Virus record (IMG/VR): IMGVR_UViG_3300001533_002564
Span: 40,189 to 104,188 of that record
Length of the DNA: 64,000 bases
Source: a virus
Strand: one strand, 5' to 3'
Both the position numbers and the translations under genes were made by a program. Positions 29,583-40,460 of the stretch are shown here, in pieces. The notes beneath the pieces were generated by a model that did no database searches, was not told the DNA's origin, and saw nothing but the letters and a program-made list of their open reading frames with translations. Position 1 is the first letter of the stretch. The number at the start of each line of letters is the position of its first letter.

Positions 29583-30056
29583 TTATTTTCCTGAACTACC
29601 AAAACCACCTCTATTTTTAAATTTTAAACTATTAGTTTCAATAAATTTAATTTTATTATCAATTAACCATTTTAATTTAATATACCAAGGTGCTTTCATT
29701 ATTAATCTAATTTCAAATTGACAAATTCTATCGCCAGTATTGACTTCAGTATTTTTTAAAGCAATTGCATTAAACATCCAAATATCATTATTGCCCGAAT
29801 ATCCATCAGAAACATTGTCAGGTCCATCCACAACACCATAATGATTTGCCTGAATTAACGAATATTTTTTATATGTTCCACTTCTGGGTACTATATTTGC
29901 TTGATAATATTTAGGTAAGCGTATTGAAACACCTAACGGAATTAATTTATTTTCAAATTTTTTAAATTGAATATTTTCTGATGATTTTAAATCAATCCAA
30001 TTACCGTGTTGTTCTAAATAACAATTTTTATTATGATATTTAACTAATATATTCAT
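29583..30056 (-). CDS. dut: Trimeric dUTPase
   Basis: WIDL, VPRSGT, GVVD..Y.G, GDRICQF, RGGFGSSG motifs. Confidence 0.92.
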   Translation of the reverse strand: MNILVKYHNKNCYLEQHGNWIDLKSSENIQFKKFENKLIPLGVSIRLPKYYQANIVPRSGTYKKYSLIQANHYGVVDGPDNVSDGYSGNNDIWMFNAIALKNTEVNTGDRICQFEIRLIMKAPWYIKLKWLIDNKIKFIETNSLKFKNRGGFGSSGK

Positions 30057-30668
30057 TAATATTTTCTTTTTGTTTAATAATATTTAATGGTAATAATTTT
30101 TTTGCTTTTTCAGGATTTTTACACCAAGAACATAATTCTTCTAAAGATACTTTATTATGACAATATGCCCATAATGTTGCATTTCCAAAATTTTTATGTA
30201 ACCATCTATGATTACTCCAAGTAATTAGTAATAAATTTTCTTCCGAATTATTAGTAATTTCACAATCCCTATGATGAACACAATAATTTTCAGGTAATTT
30301 ATTAATATCTAAATATTCAAATACTACTTTATGATGTAATTTTATTCTACCAAATCTAGGTAAATTACTCAATAAATATTCATTATCATGTGTTGTGTTT
30401 CTAAAATTAGGATTTTTATCACCAAAATATGCTTTTTTTCTAAAATTAGCAACACATTTGGTTGAACAAAAATAGCCATGAGTTCTTTTGTATCTTTTTT
30501 GGAAGATTCTTTTAAATGAAATAATTCACCACATTCAGTACAAACAGTATTTAATTCACCTTTTAATTTTTCGTTTGCACAAACTTTAGAACAATATTTA
30601 GCACTATCTTCTCTACTATTAATAACTTCGAATCTATTACCACAATTTAAACATTTTTTCTCAACCAT
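30040..30668 (-). pseudogene. HNH homing endonuclease with N-terminal zinc fingers, split by a 1-nt frameshift in an A6 run near 30495-30500
   Basis: MVEKKCLNCG..YCSKVC..CTECG, then other frame GYFCSTKC...YCVHHRD...NNSEENL..H..LH; late motif at 30684-30691. Confidence 0.8.
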
Positions 30669-30735
30669 AATATTTACATTAGAATAAATACTCGGTGTTA
30701 TTGAAAATAACAATAAACACAAGATTATTTTATAT

Positions 30736-31050
30736 TTAATCTGTATCATTAATTTCTTTAATTTTATTAATTATATTTATAATATTTTCAGGAGTTTCTT
30801 CTTTTTCTACATTGTTAATAATTTCATCATAATCAGACTCAATTTTTTTATTAATCTTATCTAATTCATTAATAGTTTTTAATACAAATCTTGCTTGATG
30901 ACCATTATCTATTGCAACTGGAGCATCTCTATTTTTATAAAACAAATAATTTTCTTCATTAGCATAAAATAATAATGCTTGTTTTAATAATTCAATAGTA
31001 TTTAAATAATTTTCTTCATTAATCATCTTCTTCAGATTTATTTTCAACAA
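30736..31050 (-). CDS. Hypothetical protein
   Basis: ~100 aa ORF overlapping its neighbours. Confidence 0.65.
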   Translation of the reverse strand: MLKINLKKMINEENYLNTIELLKQALLFYANEENYLFYKNRDAPVAIDNGHQARFVLKTINELDKINKKIESDYDEIINNVEKEETPENIINIINKIKEINDTD

Positions 31051-31351
31051 TATTTTTTAATTCATTTATTTCATTAGGATAAAGTGTAAATTCTTTACGA
31101 TAAGGATATTCGTCTTTCTTATTTATATTTTTATAAAAAAATTTACCATGTGATTCAGCATCTTCAAATTCTTCATAAAATTCAGGTGTAATATTTTCAT
31201 AAGAATATGTATGACCACGACTAAATGCAATATATAATCGCTGCATTTTTGGGAAATATGTTGTTTTTAATATATTATCTGATTTAAAAACAGATTCAAT
31301 ATATCCTATTGACTTGTCTTCATTTAATATTTCTTTTCTTTCTACTATCAT
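31019..31351 (-). CDS. KTSC-domain protein
   Basis: S.NI...Y..L.I.F..G.TYSYENI....YEEF..AES.GKFF..NI pattern. Confidence 0.8.
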   Translation of the reverse strand: MIVERKEILNEDKSIGYIESVFKSDNILKTTYFPKMQRLYIAFSRGHTYSYENITPEFYEEFEDAESHGKFFYKNINKKDEYPYRKEFTLYPNEINELKNIVENKSEEDD

Positions 31352-31358
31352 AATTGAG

Positions 31359-31389
31359 CAAATATAATTAATTAATAATTAAAATCAAA
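31359..31389 (-). promoter_or_regulatory. Bacteroidota promoter TTTG-N19-TATATTTG
   Basis: Full consensus match; back to back with the late motif at 31392. Confidence 0.7.
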
Positions 31390-31413
31390 GAGTATTTATA
31401 TAAAAAAGTTTAA

Positions 31414-32181
31414 ATGGCACTTCCTAAAAAGAAAAATAAATTAACATTGGATATTAATCCACCTGAAGTAGGTACTAAATACTTGAAATATGGTTTTGAC
31501 AGAATTGAAGAACTTATGGGAAAAACAGATGTCAATACTAAGTATCTACCAAGAACAATTTTATTAGAAGACCTCGACCAAGCACTTTTTAATTATATTA
31601 ATGAAGAAGGTATGGAATTAACCCTCGATGGTAAATTAGTTCCTAATTTTTATCTTGATAATGACCGTTGGGGTGAATTTAGTAAGACATGGAAGTTTAT
31701 GGATAATGATAAAAATGTACCAACACCATATATTACTGTTAGACGTATTGATAAACAAGCAGGTACAAGGCTTGGTACTAAATATAGGATACCACAACCA
31801 CGTAGTTTTAGATATATTAATGTTCCAATTATGGATGAAGGTCAATTAATTTATTTACAAATTAAAATACCTGAACCAGTAAACGTTGATATGATTTATG
31901 AAGTTGCTTTATTTACAAAATATCGTGTTGATGTAAATCTATATGATGAACAAGTACTAAAGAATTTCGCAAGTCGTCAAGAATATGTTTGGGTTAAAGG
32001 AAATCCATTACCATTACTTTTCGAAGGATTTGCTGAGTCTAATCCAATTGAAAATATTGATGGTGATAGATTCTTTGTATCAAAATATGCGTTAAAAATA
32101 TTAGGTTTTATTCAAGATGAAAAAGAATTTGAAATTGTTAAAACTATTAGAGTTCCTAGAGTTGGTTATAATGTTTCATAA
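31414..32181 (+). CDS. Tail terminator/sheath stabiliser (gp15-like)
   Basis: PYITVRR and PEPVNVDMIYEV motifs; late motif at 31392. Confidence 0.6.
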   Translation: MALPKKKNKLTLDINPPEVGTKYLKYGFDRIEELMGKTDVNTKYLPRTILLEDLDQALFNYINEEGMELTLDGKLVPNFYLDNDRWGEFSKTWKFMDNDKNVPTPYITVRRIDKQAGTRLGTKYRIPQPRSFRYINVPIMDEGQLIYLQIKIPEPVNVDMIYEVALFTKYRVDVNLYDEQVLKNFASRQEYVWVKGNPLPLLFEGFAESNPIENIDGDRFFVSKYALKILGFIQDEKEFEIVKTIRVPRVGYNVS

Positions 32182-32996
32182 TCACCATTTTCAGGATTAA
32201 ATATATTACCATCTGGATATTCTTGTTGTTTATTATCAAATTTCTCAACACTATCATTAATTTTATTTGAATATAAATTATTTAATGGAATTTGATATGC
32301 TTTTTGAAATGAACCTTCATCAAAATACCATGTCATGTTTAATAAATCTAATTTTACTTTAAAATATAATTTTTCGGCAGTACTAAGACTTTCATTATAT
32401 TTATTATAAAATAATGAAATCTGACCTGTTTTAGCATTATAAAAACTGAATTTAATATAACCTTCTGCAATTATATTTCCAGATAATAAATTATTGTCAA
32501 TAAATCTTTTAGGTACATACCAATAATTAAATTGATTTATTTTATTATCAGATAACCTATATTTTGGTATTGGAATGTAATTACTTACTTCACTATTTAA
32601 TATTTGTGTGTTGTAAATGGTAAAGAACTTATTTTGGTCATAATAATTGAAATTATCATAAAAATCCATAATAAAGAAACTTTTTCTTAAATTAATACTT
32701 TTATCAGAAATTTCTTTTGATGTAAAATTAGCTGCACCTGAAAGAAAAGAATTATCATATGAATTACCATTAGTAATGAAGTAAAAAATGATATTACTTG
32801 TGAAAATTGTAGATGTTTTATATTTAAATCTTCTAACTTCATTATCAATAATTGGATTAGTTAAATCTACTTTAACTTGTTCAGTTAATTTGTCAATTTC
32901 TTGTTGATAACCAATATGATTAGTATTTCTATCTAAAGTAATTTTTAGATTAATATCTTGATTAGTTGATTTTATTCTTTCTTTAATTATTGACAT
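32166..32996 (-). CDS. Putative virion structural protein
   Basis: 276 aa; co-oriented with a late operon. Confidence 0.55.
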   Translation of the reverse strand: MSIIKERIKSTNQDINLKITLDRNTNHIGYQQEIDKLTEQVKVDLTNPIIDNEVRRFKYKTSTIFTSNIIFYFITNGNSYDNSFLSGAANFTSKEISDKSINLRKSFFIMDFYDNFNYYDQNKFFTIYNTQILNSEVSNYIPIPKYRLSDNKINQFNYWYVPKRFIDNNLLSGNIIAEGYIKFSFYNAKTGQISLFYNKYNESLSTAEKLYFKVKLDLLNMTWYFDEGSFQKAYQIPLNNLYSNKINDSVEKFDNKQQEYPDGNIFNPENGDYETL

Positions 32997-34597
32997 GGTT
33001 TTCCTATATTATCTAACTCAGTTATTGGTGTTTTATCGATAATTGTTGCATCATCACTAAATGATATTTCATTAAATACATTAATGGTATTTGTATGTTT
33101 TTCAAAACTTTCATTACTTAAATTCGGAACAACACTAAATGTTATTGGTGAAAATAAATATCTTTTTCCATTAAAAAATGGATAGTCAACACCTAAATTA
33201 GAAATTGGTTCGGTATATCCTTGTTGAACAATATCACGCCAAACATATTTACCATCATTTTCAATAATCGTTGCAAAATCAGGTATTATTTCTAATTTTC
33301 TTTCATTTGGATTTGGAATAAGACCAACTCTTATTCTTATGTAATCACCAGAATTATAATATTTTTCAATTATAACTCCTTCAGTTGAATTTGTTTCAAG
33401 ATATTTTCTAGTTGTATTTGGTATTTTAACCCAACTAGTTCCATTAGTTGATTTTTCTAAATATGTTTCTGCTAAATATTTGTCAGTACCATCAGATAAA
33501 TATATTTGTGTTTTAAAATTAATTTTATATGTTCTAGAATTTAAAAATTTAAGTGTACCTGTATTGGCATTAAAATTAAAATATGTATTTGTTTGAGTGT
33601 CCCAATTAGTAATTGTTCTTGTTATTGTATTAAGATTTTGTTTTAAACTTTTAGTTGCGTTAATCTTATTTTTTGAACTATCATCTATTTTATATACATC
33701 AAGAGTTGTTGTGTTTTCGACAATTTTACTTAATTTAGCTGTACTAAGTACGCCATCAAAATATCTTAATTTAAACGGAATTAATGGATTATAACTCCAT
33801 TCAAGATATTTCGTTGTACTACCTACTTTATATGGTGTTCTTATATAATATTTTTGATTTTCAATTTGGTTTTGTGAATATTCACTATCATTATATTCTA
33901 TAAAATCATTAATTAATCCACCGTTTACTTGAGCAAGATTATCACCAATATTTATATGTGCTGATGGTCTTCCAACATAACTACTTTTAAAATGATTACC
34001 TCTTGATGACCACTTAATATATGACATTGATTCGGAAGTAATTTTCTTATATTGAGCATATAAAAATAATTCAGTTATTGGAAATCCAAAGGCATCATAT
34101 AAATTATTAACATCAAAATCTAAATTAAAACTAAATGCGTAACTTTGTTCACCAAATACATTATTACTAAATCCTGCATTATATATTTCAAAATTATTTG
34201 GTTTTGCCAGTACTTTAAAACTTCTTTTATATTTATTAGTATTTCTTCCTATCTTAATATAACCAGTATCTGATGGTGCTACTAAATAAAAATCAAATGA
34301 ATTAAATATATCTTTAAAACTTCCAGTCTTTTTAGGGTTAAAAAAATCTTCTAATTTATCATAACCTGATTTTAATCCATTTAATAATGATAAATATTCA
34401 ATTCTACCATATATTCTATATATAGCATTAGCTTCTCTTTCATTATCAAATTGTTCTGTAGCATTTACAACATCATTAACAGTAAACTCAGTTATTCTAC
34501 TTTCTTTTTTTGTTAATTCAATTTTATTGTAGTTGTCAACATTAACACTATTAATATTTTTCTCACTACCAAGTAATATTTTTAATTTATTATCCAT
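32987..34597 (-). CDS. Putative virion structural protein
   Basis: 536 aa; late motif at 34603-34610. Confidence 0.55.
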   Translation of the reverse strand: MDNKLKILLGSEKNINSVNVDNYNKIELTKKESRITEFTVNDVVNATEQFDNEREANAIYRIYGRIEYLSLLNGLKSGYDKLEDFFNPKKTGSFKDIFNSFDFYLVAPSDTGYIKIGRNTNKYKRSFKVLAKPNNFEIYNAGFSNNVFGEQSYAFSFNLDFDVNNLYDAFGFPITELFLYAQYKKITSESMSYIKWSSRGNHFKSSYVGRPSAHINIGDNLAQVNGGLINDFIEYNDSEYSQNQIENQKYYIRTPYKVGSTTKYLEWSYNPLIPFKLRYFDGVLSTAKLSKIVENTTTLDVYKIDDSSKNKINATKSLKQNLNTITRTITNWDTQTNTYFNFNANTGTLKFLNSRTYKINFKTQIYLSDGTDKYLAETYLEKSTNGTSWVKIPNTTRKYLETNSTEGVIIEKYYNSGDYIRIRVGLIPNPNERKLEIIPDFATIIENDGKYVWRDIVQQGYTEPISNLGVDYPFFNGKRYLFSPITFSVVPNLSNESFEKHTNTINVFNEISFSDDATIIDKTPITELDNIGKPCQ

Positions 34598-34630
34598 TTA
34601 ACATAAATACATTTATTTTTTTTTCTGATT

Positions 34631-34662
34631 TTTGTAACATATTAATTTTTATACCGTATAAT
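34631..34662 (+). promoter_or_regulatory. ECF-sigma-like promoter (second copy)
   Basis: TTTGTAACATAT...CGTATAAT, same spacing as 88-119. Confidence 0.55.
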
Positions 34663-34690
34663 GAGTATGTTTAACTAAAAACTTATAAAA

Positions 34691-35182
34691 ATAAAAAAAT
34701 TAACTTATTTATTATTAGCAATGTTCGCAGTTGTACTTATGAGTACAAGTTGTGAAGAAGAAAATGTTACTCCTGATGAACTTACTGAAACACCAAAAAT
34801 TACATTAGAAGAATTCGAAGATTTATGGAATTTTGTTCAAGCCGAATATGATGATAAAACTTATTATAGTTGTGCTGATGTTGAAGATGACCCTGATGCC
34901 GATTCAAGATTACGACTTGTTGAGATTAGAATTGAATTGATTCCATCTAATTATATTGTTGAAGAATATAATTGTAAAATATATTATAACCCTATTTGTC
35001 AAGATGGAAATGTTTGGGGTATTTATTGTAACTTAGATGAAACACAAAATACTTTTAAATTAGAAGGTGGGATGGTATTTAAAATATTAGAATATAATAA
35101 ATCAACAGAAGAATTAAAAGGAGAATTAATTGAAGGTTCGGGATATAATCTAGTTGGAGTAAAATATGTTTGGCAAAAATAA
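34691..35182 (+). CDS. Bacteroidota-type lipoprotein (lipocalin-like); signal peptide begins at an ATA codon
   Basis: (I/M)KKLTYLLLAMFAVVLMSTS-CEEE lipobox followed by acidic residues; in-frame stop at 34676 excludes an upstream ATG. Confidence 0.7.
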   Translation: MKKLTYLLLAMFAVVLMSTSCEEENVTPDELTETPKITLEEFEDLWNFVQAEYDDKTYYSCADVEDDPDADSRLRLVEIRIELIPSNYIVEEYNCKIYYNPICQDGNVWGIYCNLDETQNTFKLEGGMVFKILEYNKSTEELKGELIEGSGYNLVGVKYVWQK

Positions 35183-35202
35183 TTTATTAAATTATAAATT
35201 TT

Positions 35203-35228
35203 AAACCCACCTAATTGGTGGGTTTTTT
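35203..35228. terminator. Terminator between convergent genes
   Basis: aaacccacc-taatt-ggtgggtttttt. Confidence 0.85.
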
Positions 35229-35229
35229 A

Positions 35230-37320
35230 TTAAATATTTAATATTGATGCAACAAATTTAATTGAATCTGCTGAGTCAAATCCTTTGTAAAAATAAAATT
35301 TATCATCTTTAGAATTAGTATTACTCACAGGATTGCCATTATTACCACCCCCTTTTATTGGGCATGGGTCTCCACCCCAAGAAGGTGGTGTTTTACCATT
35401 TCGATAATCACCTTTTAAGTTATTATCTGCTAAATAATTATCTGTTGTATTATCAAATCCTTTTTTATTAAAATTATTTAATATTTTTATGTCGGTTTTA
35501 GGTACTTTAATAAAATCAGTCCAATGTAAATCAGAACGTAAATACCATTTATTATTAACAATTCCATCAGCAATTAATCTTTCATTATTATTAGTAAAAA
35601 AATCATTATAACTACCATTATATCTTTGAAAATATGAATTAGTTTTCATATTACCAAAATCACTCGTGACAACATAACCGATGTTAGGTAAATAAATTGA
35701 AAAATTTAACCAATTTGAACCAAAAGCCTTCGTAGTTGAAACATTAGTAGTACCATTACTTGGAAATTCATTATCATCATCAATTACTACAACACCAACA
35801 TTCCAATTTGGGTCAAATTGTAATTTATTTATAGTATCACTGTTTTCAAAACCATTATCTGGTGTTCCTGTTTCAGACCCACTAGTATTTGCTACAAGAC
35901 CGTTAAATTTTGCAACACTATATACTTCATTTGCTTTAAATGTATAATGTTGATTATTCCATTTAAATGCATGTGGATAATACGAAAAATCCTTATTTCT
36001 TGGTGCGTGTTGAGGAATTTTTATTCTTGTTCTAAAAACAGTAACTGAATTATTATTACTGCCAATAGCATTATCATATTTTTTATTTGGGGTTGATAAA
36101 TCTTCTTCGGTTATTTCTAAGGTTATGAATCCTTTAAACTCAGTATATACACCACCATCATATGAATCATCAACTTCTATTGGGTCGCCTACTTCATTCT
36201 CAATTATTTTTTTCCGATTACAATTGATAATAAAAACAAATTCACCATCATTTTTATGAATAGTATATTGGCTTTTATCTAAAACTAACATTTTTTTTGC
36301 TAGTTCTTCAGTATAATAATTTTCATTTATTTCAGTATCACTAATATTGTTTGGATAATAATATATTTTTTCAGTAATATTACCAATTCGCTTACTACTA
36401 ATTTTATAATTATCACCTTTATTAATTCTATATAATTGTTCAACAGCATGAACTTCATTATCACTTTCCCAATTAGCCGCCCATCTTGATTCATATGCAT
36501 CAGTAAATATACTTCCAAAAATAGTAAATGTATTGTTTAGTTCAGCACGAATTCTAAAATCTTGTCTTGTAATACCTATTTCAAAATTTTCAACATCACC
36601 CCAAAACGGAATAATATCAACACTAATTTCTTGTGTTTCAATATGTGGTAAATCAACTAAATCTTTACTTGGTTTTATTCTAGTATTATTGTTTGTAAAT
36701 AAATTAGGTGAATAACCTAGATTAATAACCATTGCAGCAGGTGTCATACTATATTCTCCAATATCTGTAATATCAACACTCAAATGAACAGTTTGTGTAC
36801 CAACAGGTACTCCAAAAATCATATAATCACCATTACTATTGGTTAATGCAGTATATTTATAATATTTTTTATATATATCAAGATATTGTTTATTAGCTAA
36901 TATTTCTTCTTTAGTTGGAAAACTCCCAAATGATTGTTGTGGTGTTATAAGTTCAGTATTGGGGTCTTTAGTTGAGACTCTCGGTAATAAATTATATTTT
37001 TTACCTTCATTATTTTTTATTCTCGGAGTACTATATGGATATATACTATATATATCTGAATTTAATGCATCTTCTTCTGTTAGTGGTATAAATATACTGA
37101 TTTTAGCATTAGGAATTCCAATCCCTTTATTTGCAATCACTCTACCAACTAAAACACCATAATCTGAATTAAAATTTTGATATATATCAGCAGTTCCTAT
37201 TTTTAAAGACATGAACTCAAGTGTTTCAACATCTTGGTCAAGCTTGACTTTAATATATTTATCTTGATTTCGGTTACCAGTATCACCTGTACTCAAATAA
37301 ATTCGTTGTGATTTGTTCAT
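35230..37320 (-). CDS. Putative virion structural protein with carboxypeptidase-regulatory-like beta-sandwich N-terminus
   Basis: GVLVGRV...GIPNAKISIF and TNSNGDYMIFGVPVG motifs; late motif at 37336-37343. Confidence 0.55.
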   Translation of the reverse strand: MNKSQRIYLSTGDTGNRNQDKYIKVKLDQDVETLEFMSLKIGTADIYQNFNSDYGVLVGRVIANKGIGIPNAKISIFIPLTEEDALNSDIYSIYPYSTPRIKNNEGKKYNLLPRVSTKDPNTELITPQQSFGSFPTKEEILANKQYLDIYKKYYKYTALTNSNGDYMIFGVPVGTQTVHLSVDITDIGEYSMTPAAMVINLGYSPNLFTNNNTRIKPSKDLVDLPHIETQEISVDIIPFWGDVENFEIGITRQDFRIRAELNNTFTIFGSIFTDAYESRWAANWESDNEVHAVEQLYRINKGDNYKISSKRIGNITEKIYYYPNNISDTEINENYYTEELAKKMLVLDKSQYTIHKNDGEFVFIINCNRKKIIENEVGDPIEVDDSYDGGVYTEFKGFITLEITEEDLSTPNKKYDNAIGSNNNSVTVFRTRIKIPQHAPRNKDFSYYPHAFKWNNQHYTFKANEVYSVAKFNGLVANTSGSETGTPDNGFENSDTINKLQFDPNWNVGVVVIDDDNEFPSNGTTNVSTTKAFGSNWLNFSIYLPNIGYVVTSDFGNMKTNSYFQRYNGSYNDFFTNNNERLIADGIVNNKWYLRSDLHWTDFIKVPKTDIKILNNFNKKGFDNTTDNYLADNNLKGDYRNGKTPPSWGGDPCPIKGGGNNGNPVSNTNSKDDKFYFYKGFDSADSIKFVASILNI

Positions 37321-37601
37321 TTTAAAATGTTTACTATAAATACTAATACGAAAAAAACTAAAAAATATTGATTTTTTTTATTTTAAAATTTAAAGAAATT
37401 GAAACAAATTTAAACTAAAAAATCTCATTTTTTTTAAAATTAACACATAAAAATTAAAAAAACAATAAAATCAGGTCTTATTGATAAGAATAGCAATATT
37501 ATAATAATTAAATCAAAACTTCTTTTCGATATTTTTTAAGTATTTATTGAAAAGAACGAGCATAATAAAATAAAAATAATAAAATTTAAAATAAAAATAA
37601 T

Positions 37602-40358
37602 ATGGCAGATTTCGTATTCACCTCTCCGGGTGTAAAATTTAAAGAACGTGACCTTACTTTTGTAACACGTAATGTGGGTATAACAACATTAGGTCTAGTT
37701 GGTGAAACATTGAAGGGTCCTGCATTTGAACCTGTTTTCATTCAAGACCAAGGACAATTTTCAGATAAATTTGGAACGCAAAGCACAAAAAGATTTCAGA
37801 ATAAAACATTACAATATCAATTACCTTATATTGCAAATGCATATTTAGGTGAAGCACAACAACTTTGGGTAACCAGAGTTCTAGGACTTAGTGGTTATCA
37901 GGCAGGAACTGCTTGGAACATTACTTTAGATGCTGGTGTTGATACTTCTACTAGTGGTGTTACTAATACAATTACAAATACAGGTATTGCGTTTACAGAT
38001 AATACATATTTAGGTGTACCATTAACAGACACAGATGCAACTGGTTCATTAGAATCTGGTTATACAAAAAATGGAAGTACTTTTACTCAGGTTGTTCATG
38101 AATTTACTGCAACAACATATAATGGTACTACAGGTGATGGTGAAGTTACAGATAAAGAAACTACTTATACAGCATCATCATATGTTGAATATGAAAATAT
38201 GGTTCTTGCTACAATTAGAAGTAGAGCTGATTCAAAAACACCAATTGATAGTGCTCCTGTTACGACATTCATAACAGATAGTCTTGAAATAACAGCTAAC
38301 ACTACTTCTGGTGCAATGAATCCAACGGGTGATTTATTTAGTAATTTTACTTTACTTGCAAAAGATACTGGTGGAACAACTATTGGAACATATAAGGCAT
38401 CATTAAATCCAAATGATAGTAATTATTTACCAAATGTAATTGGTAATGAACCAAAAGATAAAAATACTGCTATTTGGGTACAAGCAATTTATCCTGACTT
38501 AATAAAAAAACTTGATGAAGATGGTATTGCATATGCAATCAATACTAAAATGATTACTGGTTCTACTGATGTATTTACTGATTATCAAATTGGATTTCAA
38601 ACACCTGAAACACCTTGGGTTGTTTCACAATTAAAAGGTAATGGTGTTGAAAGATTGTTTAAATTCATTAGTATATCTGATGGAGATAGTGCTAATCAAG
38701 AAATTAAAATTACAATTGGTAATATTGACTCATATACTGGTGAATTTGATGTTGCTATTCGTAATTTTTATGATACTGATGCAAATCCTATTACATTAGA
38801 AACATATACTAAGTGTAGTATGCTTAAAAGTGCTTCAAATTATGTTGGTCAGCGTATTGGTACAAGTGATGGTGAATTTACTCTTAAAAGTGATTATGTG
38901 ATGCTTGAAATGGCAGAAGACATTTCATTAGATGTATATCCAGCAGGTTTTGAAGGTTATATGTTTAATAATTATGCTAGTTCAGCTACAGGTGATGGTA
39001 CTACAACAGGTATTGCACCAAAAATATTCTATAAAACCGAATATGAAGATACAGATAAAGTTTCTAAAACATATTTAGGTATTTCTGAACTTGCACATAC
39101 TAATGATGGTATTAATCAAAACATGTTTAACTTTAATAATTGGTATAATGGTCAAGATTCAGATGATTTTAGTAAATCTAAAGGTTTTCATATGGATTCT
39201 GGAGCAACTAGTATATTAATTGATGGTAATATTACTGGTGAATTTGAAGTGGGTGAAGGAACATTTGGAGCAGTAAGTGATATTAATACAGATAATCCTT
39301 ATTTTGATAAAAAGAAAAGAAAATTTACTTTAGTTCCTGCTGGTGGTTTTGATGGATGGGATGTTCATAGAAAAGAACGTTCATATGGTGATATGTTTGT
39401 GCAGGGTGGTAGACAGAGTGGTCATCCGGGTGAGCCATTAGTGATTCCAACTAATGATTTTCAAGCATGGGAAATGGCAGTTGATACTTTTGCTAATCCT
39501 GAAAATATTACAATTAACCTTTTTGCAACTCCGGGTATTAATTGGGCATATCAAACTACATTAGTTCAGAACACAATTGATATGATTGAACAACAAAGAA
39601 CTGATACATTATATGTGATTGATTCACCTCAAGGTTCTGTTGAACCAACTGTTGCTGATGGTGGTAAGGCTGATGTTAATGCAGCAGATGATATTGTCGG
39701 ATTACTTGGTGATACTGAAATCGATAGTAGTTATGCTTGTACTTATTATCCTTGGATTCAAATGAGAGACGTTCAAAATAATGTTAATGTTTATATTCCA
39801 CCTACTGGTGAAGTAGTAAAAGCAATGGCATTCACTGATAATATTTCATTCCCTTGGTTTGCACCTGCTGGTTTAAATCGTGGTGTAACTAATGCAAGAA
39901 AATCACAATATAAATTATCGTTAGAAGCACGTGATATTCTTTATGAAGCAAGAATTAACCCAATGGCAGATTTTGCAGATAGTGGTACTGCAATTTTCGG
40001 ACAGAAAACACTTCAAGTTAGAGAAAGTGCACTTGATAGAATTAATGTTCGTAGATTATTGCTTCAGATTAAAGTTCTTATTTCAAATATTGCAGTTAGA
40101 CTTTTATTTGAACAAAATGACCAAGCAACAATTGACCAATTCTTAAATAAAGCAAATCCTATTCTTGATAGTATTAAAAGAGAACGAGGCTTAACTGATT
40201 TTAGAATAACTATGGATAATACAAATAATACTCCAGAAACTAGAGATAGAAACGAATTATATGGAGAGATATTTTTAAAACCAACTAGAGCAGTTGAATT
40301 TATTGGAATTACGTTTACTATTACTCCTTCAGGAGCATCATTTGATGATGTATCATAA
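37602..40358 (+). CDS. Contractile tail sheath protein (gp18-like)
   Basis: FTSPGV..KERDL, PWFAPAGLNRG, FGQKTLQ..SALDRINVRRLL, KPTRAVEFI. Confidence 0.95.
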   Translation: MADFVFTSPGVKFKERDLTFVTRNVGITTLGLVGETLKGPAFEPVFIQDQGQFSDKFGTQSTKRFQNKTLQYQLPYIANAYLGEAQQLWVTRVLGLSGYQAGTAWNITLDAGVDTSTSGVTNTITNTGIAFTDNTYLGVPLTDTDATGSLESGYTKNGSTFTQVVHEFTATTYNGTTGDGEVTDKETTYTASSYVEYENMVLATIRSRADSKTPIDSAPVTTFITDSLEITANTTSGAMNPTGDLFSNFTLLAKDTGGTTIGTYKASLNPNDSNYLPNVIGNEPKDKNTAIWVQAIYPDLIKKLDEDGIAYAINTKMITGSTDVFTDYQIGFQTPETPWVVSQLKGNGVERLFKFISISDGDSANQEIKITIGNIDSYTGEFDVAIRNFYDTDANPITLETYTKCSMLKSASNYVGQRIGTSDGEFTLKSDYVMLEMAEDISLDVYPAGFEGYMFNNYASSATGDGTTTGIAPKIFYKTEYEDTDKVSKTYLGISELAHTNDGINQNMFNFNNWYNGQDSDDFSKSKGFHMDSGATSILIDGNITGEFEVGEGTFGAVSDINTDNPYFDKKKRKFTLVPAGGFDGWDVHRKERSYGDMFVQGGRQSGHPGEPLVIPTNDFQAWEMAVDTFANPENITINLFATPGINWAYQTTLVQNTIDMIEQQRTDTLYVIDSPQGSVEPTVADGGKADVNAADDIVGLLGDTEIDSSYACTYYPWIQMRDVQNNVNVYIPPTGEVVKAMAFTDNISFPWFAPAGLNRGVTNARKSQYKLSLEARDILYEARINPMADFADSGTAIFGQKTLQVRESALDRINVRRLLLQIKVLISNIAVRLLFEQNDQATIDQFLNKANPILDSIKRERGLTDFRITMDNTNNTPETRDRNELYGEIFLKPTRAVEFIGITFTITPSGASFDDVS

Positions 40359-40382
40359 CAATAATGATAACAAATAAATATA

Positions 40383-40410
40383 AAAAAACCTGCAAATTTG
40401 CAGGTTTTTT
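40383..40410 (+). terminator. Terminator after sheath gene
   Basis: aaaaaacctgca-aatt-tgcaggtttttt. Confidence 0.85.
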
Positions 40411-40460
40411 ATTTTACAAGTATTTAGATATAAATTATAGTAATTAAAATTTAAATAATT

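Noticed and set aside
30490-30505. Programmed frameshift in the HNH gene
   Set aside because: The A6G run is phased AAA AAA G, not A AAA AAG. A single-base deletion or homopolymer error is simpler.
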